64,000 nucleotides of DNA from the human T2T-CHM13v2.0 reference genome, Homo sapiens, in the NCBI RefSeq assembly GCF_009914755.1, contig NC_060928.1. One strand, given 5' to 3'. Shown one piece after another: positions 1-15,641 of the stretch. Position numbers and translations under genes: made by a program. Under the pieces are notes generated by a model. It had not been told where the DNA came from and ran no database searches. It worked only from the letters and a program-made list of their open reading frames with translations. How positions within the stretch are numbered: position 1 is the first letter of the stretch; the number at the start of each line of letters is the position of its first letter.

Positions 1-341
1 TAATTTATATAGCTCCAAACAGCCACAGTCAGAATCGGTCAGAACACAGAAATAAGAACATTTAGGTATCCTTCAACTTATATCAATTTCACTCTGTTAG
101 GTTTAGTTAATCAAAGTGTTCATTTAGGAAAGACTCCATTAACTTTTTGCAACCATATCCTGTTTTGAATGATCAGAATCATAACCCTTGCTTTTATAAT
201 AAGCAGTATAGCTAAAATCTACTGAGTGCCGTGAATCATGCATGTATTCTGCTAAATGATCTAGTATAAAAAAATCTGTGTATGTTATCATTCTTTCCTC
301 AGTGGAGTTTTTAATCTAGTTAAATGAATGGGTATTATGCA

Positions 342-720
342 TGTAGTGGTCAATTTTATGTGTTAACTTGATTGGACTAGGGGATGCCCAGATAGCTGGT
401 AAAACATTACTTCTGGGTATGTTTGGAAGGGTATTTCCAGAAGACATTAGCATTTGAATCAGTAGACTTAGAAAAGAAGCCCTGAATGGAACAAAAGGGT
501 TGGGGAAGAGCAAATTCACTCTCTCTTTGAGCTGGGACATCTGTCTTCTTCTGCCCTTGAACTGGAACTACATCACTGGCTTTTCTGGGCCTCCATCTTG
601 CAGACAGATGGCAGATCATGGGACTTCTTAGCCTCCATGATCATGGGAGCCAATCTCTCATAATAAATAAATACATAAATATCCTATGGTTCTGTTTCTC
701 TGGAGATCTCTGACTAATAT
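342..720 (+). mobile_element. MLT2-family (ERVL) solo LTR
   Basis: Starts TGTAGTGGTCAATTTTATGTGTTAACTTGATTGG...GATGCCCAGATAGCTGGTAAAACATT and ends CTCTGACTAATA, both MLT2-like. Confidence 0.8.
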
Positions 721-2161
721 AACATGTAAATTCCATGTTTCCTGAGGCTGTAGAGAGCTAGTTTGGAACAGGCAGGTAATTCCTTTATATAAGGTACAGC
801 TTCCATAGAGCTGTGGGTAACAAAGTCTCTGATAACTTGGCATTGCCCACTTTGTAACATAATGTGAAATTAACTTGGAGGAGAACTAGGGTACTCTGAC
901 AGTTTCTGGAAAAATAAAGGGCATGCTTTGCATATAGGCCATTGAAGGCCATAGTAGAAGGACAGCAGGGCTGGGATGGATTTGTATGCATTCTGTGTGG
1001 GGTTAGTGACAGGCAGAATCTAACAAAAGGACAGCTCTTTTTTTGCTCGGAAATGCTAAAGAATGTAATTCCCCAGGGTGGTGGAAACCAGAAGACATGA
1101 AAGGAGAGGGCTGCAAATAGCAGAGAGGATAGATTCAAAAGGATGGCCTATTTTATCAGCATCATGTAAAGAAAACAGTCTTTGGTAAACCTCAGGGAAA
1201 GAAATAGGATCAACCTTTGCATATAATTCCCCCAGTGGCATTGTTCAGGAGGAGCCCCCAAGACTTCCTGTAAAATGCCAAAACCAAGAAAGACATCTGA
1301 AAGCAGAGAGAATGGAGCAAAAGTTGCTAAGAAGTAAGTAAACCCGGAGGCTGCAGAGAAAGCTGGCAGGAGACTGGGGCAGAGCATGATGGACACCCCT
1401 CGTCCCTGGGAGACCACCCAATCCACTCTGATGGAGCAGTTCCTCCAGCCCAGGACTGAAAGTTTAGGGAAGCTCCTGTTTAAACAGAGAGTATCCCCTG
1501 GCCCATGAGGGGCACTTGGAGCACAGAGCAACTTTTGACTGCTATTGTCTGATACCCAAAAATGCAAGATGGCGAGTTTTCTTCTCTTTCAAATAAAACC
1601 ACCCTTTGCCCCATTGTAAACATTATGCTTGCAAGTGGGGAATTAGAGCCAGGTACTTACTGTGATCTTTAGGAAGATAATTTCACAGGTTGCTCACCAA
1701 AGGCCAGAGCCAATAAATTGCCCCATCCTTGTAAAGGGGCCTGGGCCCACAGAAGCTTTTTTGTGCAATATTCTTAGTAGTAACCTTAATTTACATTTTT
1801 TTCCTGCCCACACTGGGCCCATATTCCCACAAGATGGTGTTCAGCAGGAGCTGGTGGCAGCTGCCTCCTTTAGACAGCAGACTAAGGCATATTCAAATTC
1901 ACCATAGGCCCCATCACTCCAGATTAGGTAACTTACCTTGAGGCTGCAGAACTGTCACTTATCAGAATGCTCATGTTGTTTTTGTTAGAATAGAAAACCA
2001 TCTCAGTACCCATATCTCTGAAAAAAGAGAAGTGAAAGTAGACTGAGAGGGCTGTGTATTTCTTATACCCGGGGCCCTTCACCTGTGTTCGCCACCTGCC
2101 TGCCTCATCCCTGCAGCCTAAGATGTCCTCATGACATTTTCCCCATGCAACACTTTGTTTT

Positions 2162-2471
<310 letters not shown>

Positions 2472-3549
2472 GCAACACTTTGTTTTATTGTTAGTGCCAG
2501 ATATCTCTAGTTTCTTGTTCATCATACCTGCCTCCTCTACCCCATAAGAATTGTCTAATTATTATAAAAAGTATTTTGCTTACCAACCAATTAATTCTGC
2601 AGTCCCTACATAACAAAAATCCTGCCTAACTGAGACAGATTATTTTTTCAAATTAGTAAATTTGAGATTTTAAAGTAGGATGGATATTTGAAATATGTTA
2701 AAAAGTCTGGCACCTGCAGCTTCACTCAATGAGAAGTGATTTGGCAAAAGTAAAGCATCCTCAGGGTGGGGTGTGGGAGCAGGAAGAAGGACGGATGCAC
2801 AGAATCATCTTGTCTGCCATGATCTGTGGCACAATATTCATATTTATTATTTACTCATTAAAATATTGGGTGTTTTCATGTCCTAAGGATTGTTTTTATT
2901 GCTTGAGTTTATAGTTGCAAAGTGATTACAACTGAGAAAGAAATCTGAATCCATCTATGTCTATACCAGGCTCTAAAGCTTTTATTTGAGAATGAGCTGA
3001 AGATAAAAATATGCCATATTTCTTTCCGTCCAACGTTACAATTTTTTTATTTGAATGCCTGTCTATATGTGGTTGTAGTGAGAGAAAGGTAGTTGCTGAA
3101 GAAATTAGGCATAGGGTAAATATTTGTTAATTGAATGAATGAGTGAACATGAGAGGTAACATCCAGAAGATTGACTCATAGCCCAGAGCGATTGGCAGTC
3201 AAGGCTGAGTGGAGATGATGGTGTTATGAAAGGCACACAGGTGTTAGGATGGCCCAGGTGAACTATGCAAACCCAGTGGCATCAGTTACTCACCAAAACT
3301 GGAGGGGAGGACTAGGAGGACAGACAAAAAATGGGAAAAAAAGAGGGACAAGTAATTGACTTTATGCTGGTAATCATTTTTCCTGGATATTTTGTAGTCT
3401 TGCTATAATCACAGAACCATCGTGGTATTGGTCTATCGCAAATATCCCAACTGTACAAACAAGAAAATGTAAGAGAGTGAAGTTACCAGTTCCTACTCAC
3501 CTAAAAAGAAAGGCCTGACTTTACTCTACAAATATAAAACTATACAATT

Positions 3550-3694
3550 TTCTTTCTTTCTTCTTTTTTTAAAAATTTAAGTTCAGGGGTACATGTGCAG
3601 GTTTGTTATGTAGGTAAACTTGTGTCATGGGAGTTTGTTGTACTGATTATTTCATCACCCAGGTATTAAGCCTAGTACTCATTAGTTATTTTTA
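3550..3694 (-). mobile_element. Short L1PA 3'-end fragment
   Basis: T-tract then AAGTTCAGGGGTACATGTGCAGGTTTGTTA...CACCCAGGTATTAAGCCTAGTAC, typical of a reverse-strand L1PA 3' UTR. Confidence 0.8.
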
Positions 3695-4126
3695 AATGTT
3701 TTCATGTATGTAATCCACTGGTCAAGTTACAGTTTGTGGGCTTTCATATTCCACTATACCCTGCCATGTCAAAGAAACGCAGCTCAAGAAGAGATGGAGA
3801 TTTCTGTGTGAATGTAGCTGCACTCATCAGCATTCCCCCCTTGCCTCCTGGAAAACATCCAAAGGCAACAAGGAGAATGAAAAAAAAAAAAGAAAAAAGA
3901 AAGCATGCTCCATTTTTGGTGAAACTAGGAGACAGGTATATTCTCCACACTCTAAAATATGTAAAAGGCCACCAAATGCAGCTGTTAGTAGGAGGAAGAA
4001 GGGGAAAAGTAGAGAGAAACTTTATTGGGTAAGAGGGCCCAGGGTGAAAGATCTAAGTTAGTGCCAGCAAAAATACACTTACTGAAGGTGAGAAGCACAT
4101 CCTGAGGGGTGAAAGCTTTCCCCCTG

Positions 4127-4565
4127 TGTAATAGATTGTATTATTTGCTCAACATATTGACTGATCCACCCCACTAGTCTCTTTCCTGTCATCCTGGCCC
4201 TTCTGCCCCTCCATGGACAGAAATATCCTTGCTAAAGATTGATCTTTCCCACCCCAATCGCCTCAGGCATGACCATGAAACTTGCTTTGTCTAGTGAAAA
4301 GTGAGTGAAGTGACAGGTACCACTTTTGAGCAGAAGCTTTAAAGAACCAGCATATGATTCTACCCCCTCTCTTTCTTCCTGCCAAAGACCGGCAGTGTCC
4401 CAGAGAGGGGTATTTGAATAAAGATGCTGCGTCATACAGCACAGTCAACCCTCAGGTCACCTTCAATGGCAGTGAAATGAGTGAGAAATAAACCTTTTTA
4501 TAAGTCACTAAGATTTGGGGGACATTTGTTAGCACAACATAACCTAGCCTATGCAAACTGATACA
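4127..4565 (+). mobile_element. Old MLT1 (MaLR) LTR
   Basis: Ends ...AAGTCACTAAGATTTGGGGGACATTTGTTAGCACAACATAACCTAGCCTATGCAAACTGATACA, resembling an MLT1H/I 3' end. Confidence 0.65.
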
Positions 4566-4972
4566 AATGTTTTCAATAGGAGGTACAGTGATTATGATGA
4601 GCTGGGTTTGTAGCAGGAGACTCCTTGGATCCGGGTTGGTTCAGAAGAGCAGAAAAGATAGTTACAGGCAAAAAGCCACGTGTGCAGGAAGAAGTCTATC
4701 TATCTCTAGAGCAGCAGCAGCAGAGAGGCAGCAACTAGCCTGGAAAACTAAGGGGAAATATACTCGTTTCACCATTGCCTATAGTAGGGCACCAGTAGAT
4801 GTTGTCTAAAGAATAAAAGACTAAGGTTAGTAAATGAGGTAACAATAACAAAAATCAAAAGACTACAACAAAAATAAGAACCTTTCTAAATGCTAGAAGA
4901 ATAACATGCAAAAAAACACAAAACAAAGAATTCACATAATGGAAGACTTCCAACAACACTATAAACTGAATT

Positions 4973-5090
4973 GGCAGGATCACTTGAGCCAGGTTTCAAG
5001 GCCAGCCTGGGCAACATAGTGAGACCCTGTCTCTAAAAAAAAAGCCACACACACACCCACGTACACACACAGAGAGAGGGAGAGAGAGAC
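4973..5090 (+). mobile_element. Alu/FLAM fragment followed by (CA)n(GA)n
   Basis: GGCAGGATCACTTGAGCC...GAGACCCTGTCTCT, an A-run, then dinucleotide repeats. Confidence 0.75.
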
Positions 5091-5207
5091 ACGCACCTAA
5101 AAACGCAATGAAAACAAAAAACACAAAGGAATATTTCAGAATAATGCCCAAACAAAAATAGGCTAAACTTACAAATGAAAGAAAAAGAGATTCTGATTTG
5201 GTCACTA

Positions 5208-5768
5208 TGTTGATGGACTCTAAGATGGCCCTCTGTGACCTCTGCCTCCTGAATACATGCCTTTGTATAGTGCCTGCCACTTTGGGAGAAAGGGGAATAT
5301 GATTTACTTCTAACCAGTAGAATATGGCAAAGATAATGGGATGTAACTCTCTTAATCGTAAGTTACATAAGACTCCATCCTGCTAGCCAGCTCTCTCTAG
5401 AGACATTTCTTACTGGTTTGATGAATTAAGCAGCCATGTCGGGAAAGCCCCTGTGATCTCTGCACTCGGCAGCCCCTAGGAACTGTTGTCTTCTAGGAGT
5501 GGGAGCGGGTTCCAGCTCCAGCCAACAAAAAGCTGGAACCCTCAGTACTATAAGCACAAGTATACAAATTCTGCCAATAATCTAAGTGAGCTTGGAGACC
5601 GTGCTTCCTCAATCAAGCCTCCAGCTCCAACAACCTTGAGGGCAGCCCCATGAGATGCTAAGCGCAGTACCCAGCTAGGCACAGCTGACTCCTGGCCTAC
5701 ATAAGCCATCAGATAATAAATATATATGCTTCTAAGTTCTACGTTGTTGTGCAACAACAAAAAATACA
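5208..5768 (+). mobile_element. MLT1E/F-like MaLR LTR
   Basis: CTCTAAGATGGCCC...TTCTAACCAGTAGAATATGGCAAAG...CCTCAGTACTATAAGCACAAG, MLT1-type motifs. Confidence 0.6.
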
Positions 5769-6216
5769 ACCACAAAGCAAAATTCCATTTCATGCTATAT
5801 GCAAGAGATATATCTGAAAGAAAATGATTTTAAAATGTTGAAAATAAAGGATGAGGAAAGACATGTTAGGAAAATGCAAGGTAAGCACAGGTGCAATCAT
5901 CAGAGGGGAAGGAATTCAAGACAAAACCATTATTTGAGGCAAAGAGGAATACTACAGAGTACAATTCAGAATAAAGCCCTCAGAGTCATGGCTTCACTAT
6001 ACCAAATAACATTGCCTCAACTTTCATAAAGCAGAAATGATAAAAAATTCAAAAAAGTTGATGGAAGTATGCTACTAGTAGATTTGTTGGCTTTCAGTTC
6101 ATAAGAGATCAAGAATTCCAAAGAGAAAAGGTACAGAAGACCTAAATAATATAATGAATAAGTAGATAGATCTGTAATATATAAAGCTTTCCCTCCTAGG
6201 AATAGAGAACATATCG

Positions 6217-6555
<339 letters not shown>

Positions 6556-6606
6556 CTAACCCACAAAGGAAACCTCAATAAATTCCTAAAAGTTTAAAGA
6601 ATATAT

Positions 6607-6949
<343 letters not shown>

Positions 6950-6989
6950 TTATTAACAACAATAAAAACCTCTACCACATGGAAATTAA

Positions 6990-7433
<444 letters not shown>

Positions 7434-8796
7434 CTAAAACAATTTTTAGAGTGAAACATCCTATCCTTAAATGCTTATATCATTAAGCAAAAAAAGAGTG
7501 ACTATAAATTGTCTTAAGAACAAGACGATATACTGAGAAATGCAAAAGTAGAAAATAAAATAAAATAAGTAGAAAAATAAAAGTAGAAAATAATAAATTG
7601 GAAAGCAGAAAACAACAACAAATATAAATACATTCAAAATGAGTTTTCGATAAATGGAATAAAATAGACAAATTGATAGCTGAACAATTTGTTCACAGAT
7701 AAGGACATATGCATGATCATTAATATAATCTCAAAATATGTTCTTGTACTACTACAAGACAAATGTAAATTAAAACCACACAGAAGTACCATTTTTTTAC
7801 TTATCTGATTGACACACATTCAAACACTTGATGTTGCACTGTGTAGGTCAGGCTTTGGGGAAATAAACTGTCTTTAACTGTTCTAATGGCTGTGAAAAAT
7901 TGTACGATGCCTAAAGATGGGCATTTGGAAATAGAGATAGCAAAATGACAACATAAGCCTGGCCAATCCACTTCAAGGATTTTATCCTGAAGATACATTC
8001 ATATAACAGTGAGGAAGTTTACTCATTGAAGCATTGCTTGTTATAGAAAAAGATTAGAAAAAACCTAAATGCCCATAAGTAGGAGACTGTTAAATAAATT
8101 ATGAACTACATACAGTATACTGTGCAGCTGTAAACAGGAGTGAAGATATTTATCTGCTGATGTGAAAATATGTCCAAGATATAATATTATGTCAAAAAGA
8201 CAAGGTAAAAAAGCAGAATATGTTACCATTTATATTAAAATGGTGGAATAAATTGAAAAATGCATATATTAATAACTTCTGGTCTGAACATTAAAAATTT
8301 TGAAAGGCCACTCAAGAACCTAATAGCTGTGGTTGCTTTTTACCTCTTGAGAGGATTAGGAACTAGGTAGATGAAGAATTTTTGTATGTTTTAATACTTT
8401 TTAATTTTGACACGTAAAAATATTACCCAGTCAAAAAATGTAAAAAATAATTTCTAAAAAAACTATAAAGTTTTGAAATTTGCTATGTGATGCTAGATTG
8501 AAGCACAGATTAACAATATTTTTTCCAGAAAAGGCAATCTTCTTCATAGCATATCATTTTGCAATTTATTTCTTCTATGATAAGAGTCTATGGCCCAGAT
8601 ATAGTATTTCTTAGTAATAATTATAACTGGAAGTTTAACTGTAAGGTATGGATCTCTTGATGGAATATGAAGATTAAACATTATCTTAAAATAATTGTGA
8701 ATATCAGTAAACATTATGTGAACTCTATTTTACATATCCATATTCATCTACTTTTTAATAAGTTGATATACACCCCCATGGTTTGTTTATAAATAC

Positions 8797-9196
8797 TGCC
8801 ATGGACTGAACTGTATCCCCCCAGAATCAATCATATGTTGAAGCCCTAACCCCCAATATGACTGTATTTGGAGACAGGGCCTTTAGGAGATAATTAAAGC
8901 TAAATAAAGTCATATGGGGAAGGGTCCATTATCTGATAGGATCAATGACTTTATAACAGGAAGAAAAGAGCTCTCTCTCTGTCTCTCTTTCCCCGCCATG
9001 TACACACAGAGAGGAAAGGTCATGTGAGGAAGCACCAAGTAGGTGCTTGGGAATAGAGTCCTTGCCACAAACTGAACCCTGCCAGAACCTGGATCTTGGA
9101 CATTGCAGCCTCCAAAACTGTGAGAAAAAAAATTTATGTTGTTTAAGTCACCCATTCTGTGGAATTTTGTTATGGCGGCCCTAGCAGACTAATACA
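8797..9196 (+). mobile_element. MLT1A/B-type MaLR LTR
   Basis: TGCCATGGACTGAACTGTATCCCCCCAGAAT...ATATGTTGAAGCCCTAACCCCCAAT...CTAGCAGACTAATACA. Confidence 0.8.
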
Positions 9197-9366
9197 AATA
9201 CATATGTATACAAAACAGATGATCAGCACCAGTGTCTGTAGTAGTCAATCAGTAGGATGAGACTCAAATTAAATAGGGGTGGAGTCTGGACACTGTCAAA
9301 TGAGCTGTATTTTGAGTCTTTGCAGCTAGAAACTTAAGAATAAGACAGTCCTGTAATAAAGATGCC

Positions 9367-9774
9367 TGATATAGTTCGGGTGTTTGTCCCCTCCAAATCT
9401 TATGTTGAAATGTGATCCCAAGGGTTGGAGGTGCGGCCTAGTGGGCAGTGTTGGATCATAGGGACGGATGCCCTTGAATGTGGTAGTGCTATCCCCTTGG
9501 TGATGGGTGAATTCTCACTCTATTAGTTCAAACGAGAGCTAGTTTTAAGAGCCTGGTACCTCCTCCTCCTCTCTCACTCTCTCTCTTGACATGTGATGCA
9601 CTGACTTCCACTTTTGCCTTCCACCATGATCATAAGCTTCCTGAGGCCTCACCAGCAGCAAATGCTGGCACCATTCTTCCTGAACAGCCTATAGAACTGT
9701 GAGCCAAATTTCTTTTCTTTATAAATTACCCAGTCTTAGGTATTCCTTTATAGCAACACAAATGGATTAAGACA
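9367..9774 (+). mobile_element. MST (MSTB-like) MaLR LTR
   Basis: TGATATAGTTCGGGTGTTTGTCCCCTCCAAATCT...AAATTACCCAGTCTTAGGTATTCCTTTATAGCAACACAAATGGATTAAGACA. Confidence 0.85.
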
Positions 9775-10177
9775 ATGCCCAGTTGAGCACACCAGGCCCC
9801 ACGGCATAGGAAGGTGGATGCCAGCTCTGGAAGAGGGTTGCCGCTCTGTCTCAGGAAGTTGACTGTGCACTACCTGCATCCAAATTCTGGATGTGCTTAT
9901 TATAGAAATGCAGATTCTTGTGCCTCCACCATCATCATAATCTCTGGGAGTGGGGTCTGTGAATCTTAAACATTCTTATCTCTGCCCTATGGATGTTGGA
10001 GAAAATGAATTTAATACTAACAAACCTTCTTAGGAATAATAATAGTGACTCTCAGCTAAAATTTGCTGAGAACACAGTTTATGCTTTGTATTGTCATAAG
10101 CGTGGATCTCATGTACTTTTCCTAGAGGAGATTTAGATTAAATGAGCACATTTCTCTAGTACTAAAACCTACATTTA

Positions 10178-10520
<343 letters not shown>

Positions 10521-10984
10521 TAAATTAAAAATTACAGTAAGTAATTGCCAAACAAATTGAGGTGCTTTCACATTATTGAGCGATGGAAACAAGACCGTGC
10601 ATGAAGCCTTAGGTAATTTAGTTTAAGTTTAGTTAAGTATGTATTTTAATTGTTCTAAATTTTGGCAAAAGTGAAATAAATGTTTAACTTCTAGCAAAAG
10701 GGAAATAACAGGTGTTTGTAAATGTGACACTACTAAATAATGTATTAAAATGACTGCAAAATGAAGATCTGTGAAAGATAGTTTATTAAGGTTAGGAAAT
10801 GAGAATATGAAATCACCCATTGGTTTTTAATCAAATGAGCTAAAGGAATTAGAAACTATTAACAAATCTCCTTTTTGCTATCCATGGATAAAATACACTA
10901 TTTCATTCCAACGGGCAAAGGTTTATTTCATCTGTGACTTTATTGGTCACACAAGACTCCCACTCTACATTTAAGAAGTTGAAA

Positions 10985-11125
10985 GACCAGGCGTAGTGGC
11001 TCATGCCTGTAATCCCAGCTACTCAGGAAGCTGAGGCAGGAGGACTGCTTGAGCCCAGGAGGTCAAGGCTGCAGTGAGCCATGTTCATGCCCCTGCCCTC
11101 CAGCCTGGGCAACAGGCTGTCTCAA
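10985..11125 (+). mobile_element. Alu monomer (FRAM/AluJ right arm)
   Basis: Single monomer with CTTGAGCCCAGGAGGTCAAGGCTGCAGTGAGC. Its tail has expanded into the purine microsatellite that follows. Confidence 0.8.
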
Positions 11126-11171
11126 GAAAGAAAAAGAAAAAGAAAGAAAAAGAAAAAGAAGAAGAGAAGTA

Positions 11172-11231
<60 letters not shown>

Positions 11232-11295
11232 AAAAGAGAAAGGAGGGAGGGAAGAAAGGAAGGAAGGAAGGAAGGAAGGAAGGAAGGAAGGAAGG
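11124..11295 (+). repeat. Compound purine microsatellite: (AAAG)15 at 11171-11230 and (GGAA)9 at 11258-11293
   Basis: Units counted directly. About 170 nt of purines with a single T at 11170. Confidence 0.95.
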
Positions 11296-11328
11296 CTGGC
11301 TGGCTTTCTGTTTAAGTTTAAAGAAAAA

Positions 11329-11999
<671 letters not shown>

Positions 12000-12639
12000 C
12001 TATGTCAATTTAGTCTTCTAATTTTGATAAATAATGCCTAAAATTATAAACATAGTTAGTGAATATGGGATAGTTACTATGTGATTGTCTCTTATGGATC
12101 AGCAAGGCAGTATACTTGAACATTTTCTATGTGTTATAATTTCTGTTCTAACTTTTTGTTTTTATACCTAAAATTTAGAAATTCTGGTTTAAAAGACTAG
12201 AAAGACCATTGTACTGAGATTCAGAAACTGGGTCTCATCCCAGTTTTGATACTTACTGGTTGAATAACTGTAAGAAAGTTTTATTTTTGCTGAGGAGGGA
12301 AATAAGAATTTATTGAACACTTATAATATGTATTTCAGGCAATTTACACATATACCTAATTTAATTCTGAGAAGAATGGCATAATTAATCTTTTCATTTT
12401 ATAAACAAAGCCACCATTTTATAAACAAAGACTCAGAGAGATGAGTCACTTGCCAAGATCACTCAGATAGTGGATGCCAGAAATGGGTTTCAAATCTGGC
12501 TCTAGTCTGTATGCCCCTAAAGCTATCTCATGTAGACTTTCAGGGATTATGTGTCCTTATCTGTAAAAACCATGAGACTGATGAACTATAATGTCTCTTA
12601 ATCCTGATAAAGACCTTCCTTTTTTCTCTTGGCATAATT

Positions 12640-14700
12640 TCTTTCTGAAGTAGTTGTGTTACCAATAGTTCATTGCTTTTCATTGCCATGTAGTATTCCA
12701 TGCTAAGTATGTGCCACAGTTTGTTTAATCATTTGCCTGTTGAAGGACCTCTGGATTGTCTCCAGTTTTGGATTACTATAAATAAAGATTCTCTGAACAC
12801 TCTTGTACAGACTTTTGTGTGAACAGAAGTCTTCATTTCTCTGGGATAGATGGCCAAGAATACAATTGTTGGGTCATGTAGTAGTTGCATGGTTAGGTTT
12901 TATGAAAAACTGCTGAACTGTTTTCTGGTGGCTGTATCACTTGGCATTCTCACCAGCAATATATGAATAATCCAGTTTCTTTGTATCTTTGCTGGCATTT
13001 AGTGTTGTCGCTATTTGTTACTTTAGCCATTCCTTCAAGTGTGTAGTAGTGATCTCATTGTGATTTTAATTTGCCTTTCCCTAGTGGCTAATGTGCTGAA
13101 CATTTTCTCATGTGCTAATTTGCCATCTGTGTTCCCTCCTTAGTAAAATGTCTGTTCATGTCTTTTGTCCACTTTCTAATTGGATTGTTTGGTATTTTAC
13201 TGTTGAGATTTGAGAGTTCTTTATATATTCTAGATACTCGTTGTTTTTGGTTAGATATGTGGTATGCAAATACTTTCTCCATTCTATAACTTGCCTATTT
13301 ATGCTCTTATCATGGACTTTTACAAAGTACAAGTTTTTAATTTTGATAAGGTCCAATTTATCAATAAATCCTCTTTTGAATCATACTTTTGGTGTTAAGT
13401 CTAACAACTCTTTACCTAGCTGTAGATTCTTAAGATTTTCTCCTATTTTTTTTCTAAAAGTCTTATGTTTTACATTTAAGTCCATGACCATGTTCGGCTA
13501 ATTTTTGGATAAGGTGTGAGGTTTAGGTTTTTTGTTTTTCACTTTTAATTTTTTGCCTATGAATGTCCAATCATTTCAACATCATTTGTTTAAAAGGTTA
13601 CTCTTCCTCCACTGAATTGCTTTTGCACCTTTATCAAGTTTGGTATATTTATGTGGGTTTATTTCTGGGATCTCTATTCTTTCGCATTGGTCTATGTGTC
13701 TAACCCTCTGCCAATGCCTTACTGTCTTAATTATAATTGCTATATAGTAGATGTTTATATCAACTAGAGTGATTCCTCCTAGTTTATAATTCTTTTTAAA
13801 TATCTGATCTATTCTAGGACCTGTACCTTTTCACATATATTTTGGAATAAGTTTGCTTATATCTACAAAACACCTTGCTGGAAATTTCATAGGAATAACA
13901 TTAAACCCATAGGTCAATTTGGGGAGAATTTTCATCTTTGCTATGTCGTGTTTTTAAGTCCAAAAACATGGCATGTCTCTCCATTATTTAGGTCTTATTT
14001 GATGTCTTTCATCAGCATTTTGTAATTTTCAACATACAGATCCTACACATGATTTGTTAAGTTTATACCCAAGCCTTTAATTTTTCTTTGGAGTACTCTT
14101 AAGTGGTATTGTGTTTTAAATTGTTCTTTGCACATCACTGTTAGTATATATTAATGCAATTGATTTTTGTGTGTTAATCTTGTGTCCTATCCTGCAGCTC
14201 TGATGAACTCATTTATTAGTTCTACGAGTTTATTTGTAGATTCCTTAAAAATCCCAGATGGGAATCATGTCACCTCAAATAAGGACAGGTTTAGTTCTTC
14301 CTTTCTAATCTACATGTCTTTCATTTATGTTTTCTTACCTTATTGTAGTGGTTAGAACTTTCAGAACTGTGTGAACAAAAGTAGTGAGAGTGGATCTTCT
14401 TGCTTTGTTTCCAGTCTTAGAGAGAAAGCATTCAGTTTTCACCATTAATTACAATGTAAAACTGTAGGTTTGTTATAGATGCTCTTTACTAACTTTCTCA
14501 TCCCTAACTTGCTGAGAGTGTTTTTGTCTTCTGTTTTTGTTTGTTTTTTCTTTTTATCATAAATGGGTATTGGATTTTGTCAAATGCTTTTTCTGCATTG
14601 ATTGATAGATCATGTAATTTTTCTTCTTTAGCCTAGATTATATTGATTGATTTTTAAATGCTAAATCAGTCTTGCAAACCTGGAATAAATCCCATTTGTC
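12640..14700 (-). mobile_element. Old L1 (L1M-type) 3' region, about 2 kb
   Basis: T-rich reverse L1 motifs (GTAGTATTCCAT, ATCTCATTGTGATTTTAATTTGC, AATTTGGGGAGAATT, TGGATTTTGTCAAATGCTTTTTCTGCA). The short ORF MDLIKIKNLYFVK resembles L1 ORF2. Confidence 0.85.
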
Positions 14701-14803
14701 TCTTGTTTTATTTACAATATTGACGGTTTGTGTGTTTTCTTTTGATCTTCATATTTGGATGCTTCTTTTCATGTTAATTTTCTTATCTGTGGAACAAGAT
14801 GAT

Positions 14804-15641
14804 TGTATTACTTTCCAATTACTGCTGTAACAAATTAACACAAATTTGGTGGCTTAATACTTTTAATATTTTACAGTTATGGAGGTTAGAAGTGTAAAAT
14901 GGATCGTACTGGGCTAAAATCAAGGTGTCAGGGTCCTGTATTGCTTCCTGAGAGTTCTAGAGGGCAATCAGTTTGCTTTCTCTAGCTTCTAGAGGCTTCC
15001 CTCATTCCTTTACTCATGGCCACTTCTACCTTCAAAGCCAGCAGAGGCTGGTTGAATCTTTCTCACGTTGCATCATCCTGACCTCTTCTGCTGTGCCCCT
15101 ATTCCATTTTTAAAGAAGTTTCTTTTTTTTTTTAGACGGAGTCTCGCTCTGTCACCCAGGCTGGAGTGCAGTGATGCAATCTCAGCTCACTGTAACCTCC
15201 GCCTCCTGGATTCAAGTGATTCTACTGCCTCAGTCTCCTGAGTAGCTGGGATTACAGGCGTGCACCACCACACCTGGCTAACTTATGTATTTTTAGTAGA
15301 GATGGGGTTTTACCGTGTTGGTCAGGCTGGTCTCTAACTCTTGACCTCATGATCTGCCTGCCTTGGCCTCCCAAAGTGCTGAGATTACAGGTGTGAGCCA
15401 CCGTGCCCGGCCAGGATATTTCTGAATACACTACACCCTCCCTCCCAACTACAAAACCTAGCTTTATGGTAAACTCCTATTGACCATATTATGGTCTCCC
15501 TATTTTATGGTCAACTGATTAGCAACATTAATTCCATCTGCAACTGTAATTCTCCCTTGCCATATAGCATAACATATTCGCAGGTTCTGGCGATTAGGAC
15601 ATGGACCTCTTTGGGGGTGCAGCATTATTCTGTATACCACA
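14804..15641 (-). mobile_element. MLT1 (C/D-like) LTR interrupted by an AluS (15121-15413, -)
   Basis: TGTATTACTTTCC...CTGCTGTAACAAATT...GGGCTAAAATCAAGGTGTCAG on one side and ACATATTCGCAGGTTCTGGCGATTAGGAC...TACCACA on the other. Confidence 0.8.
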
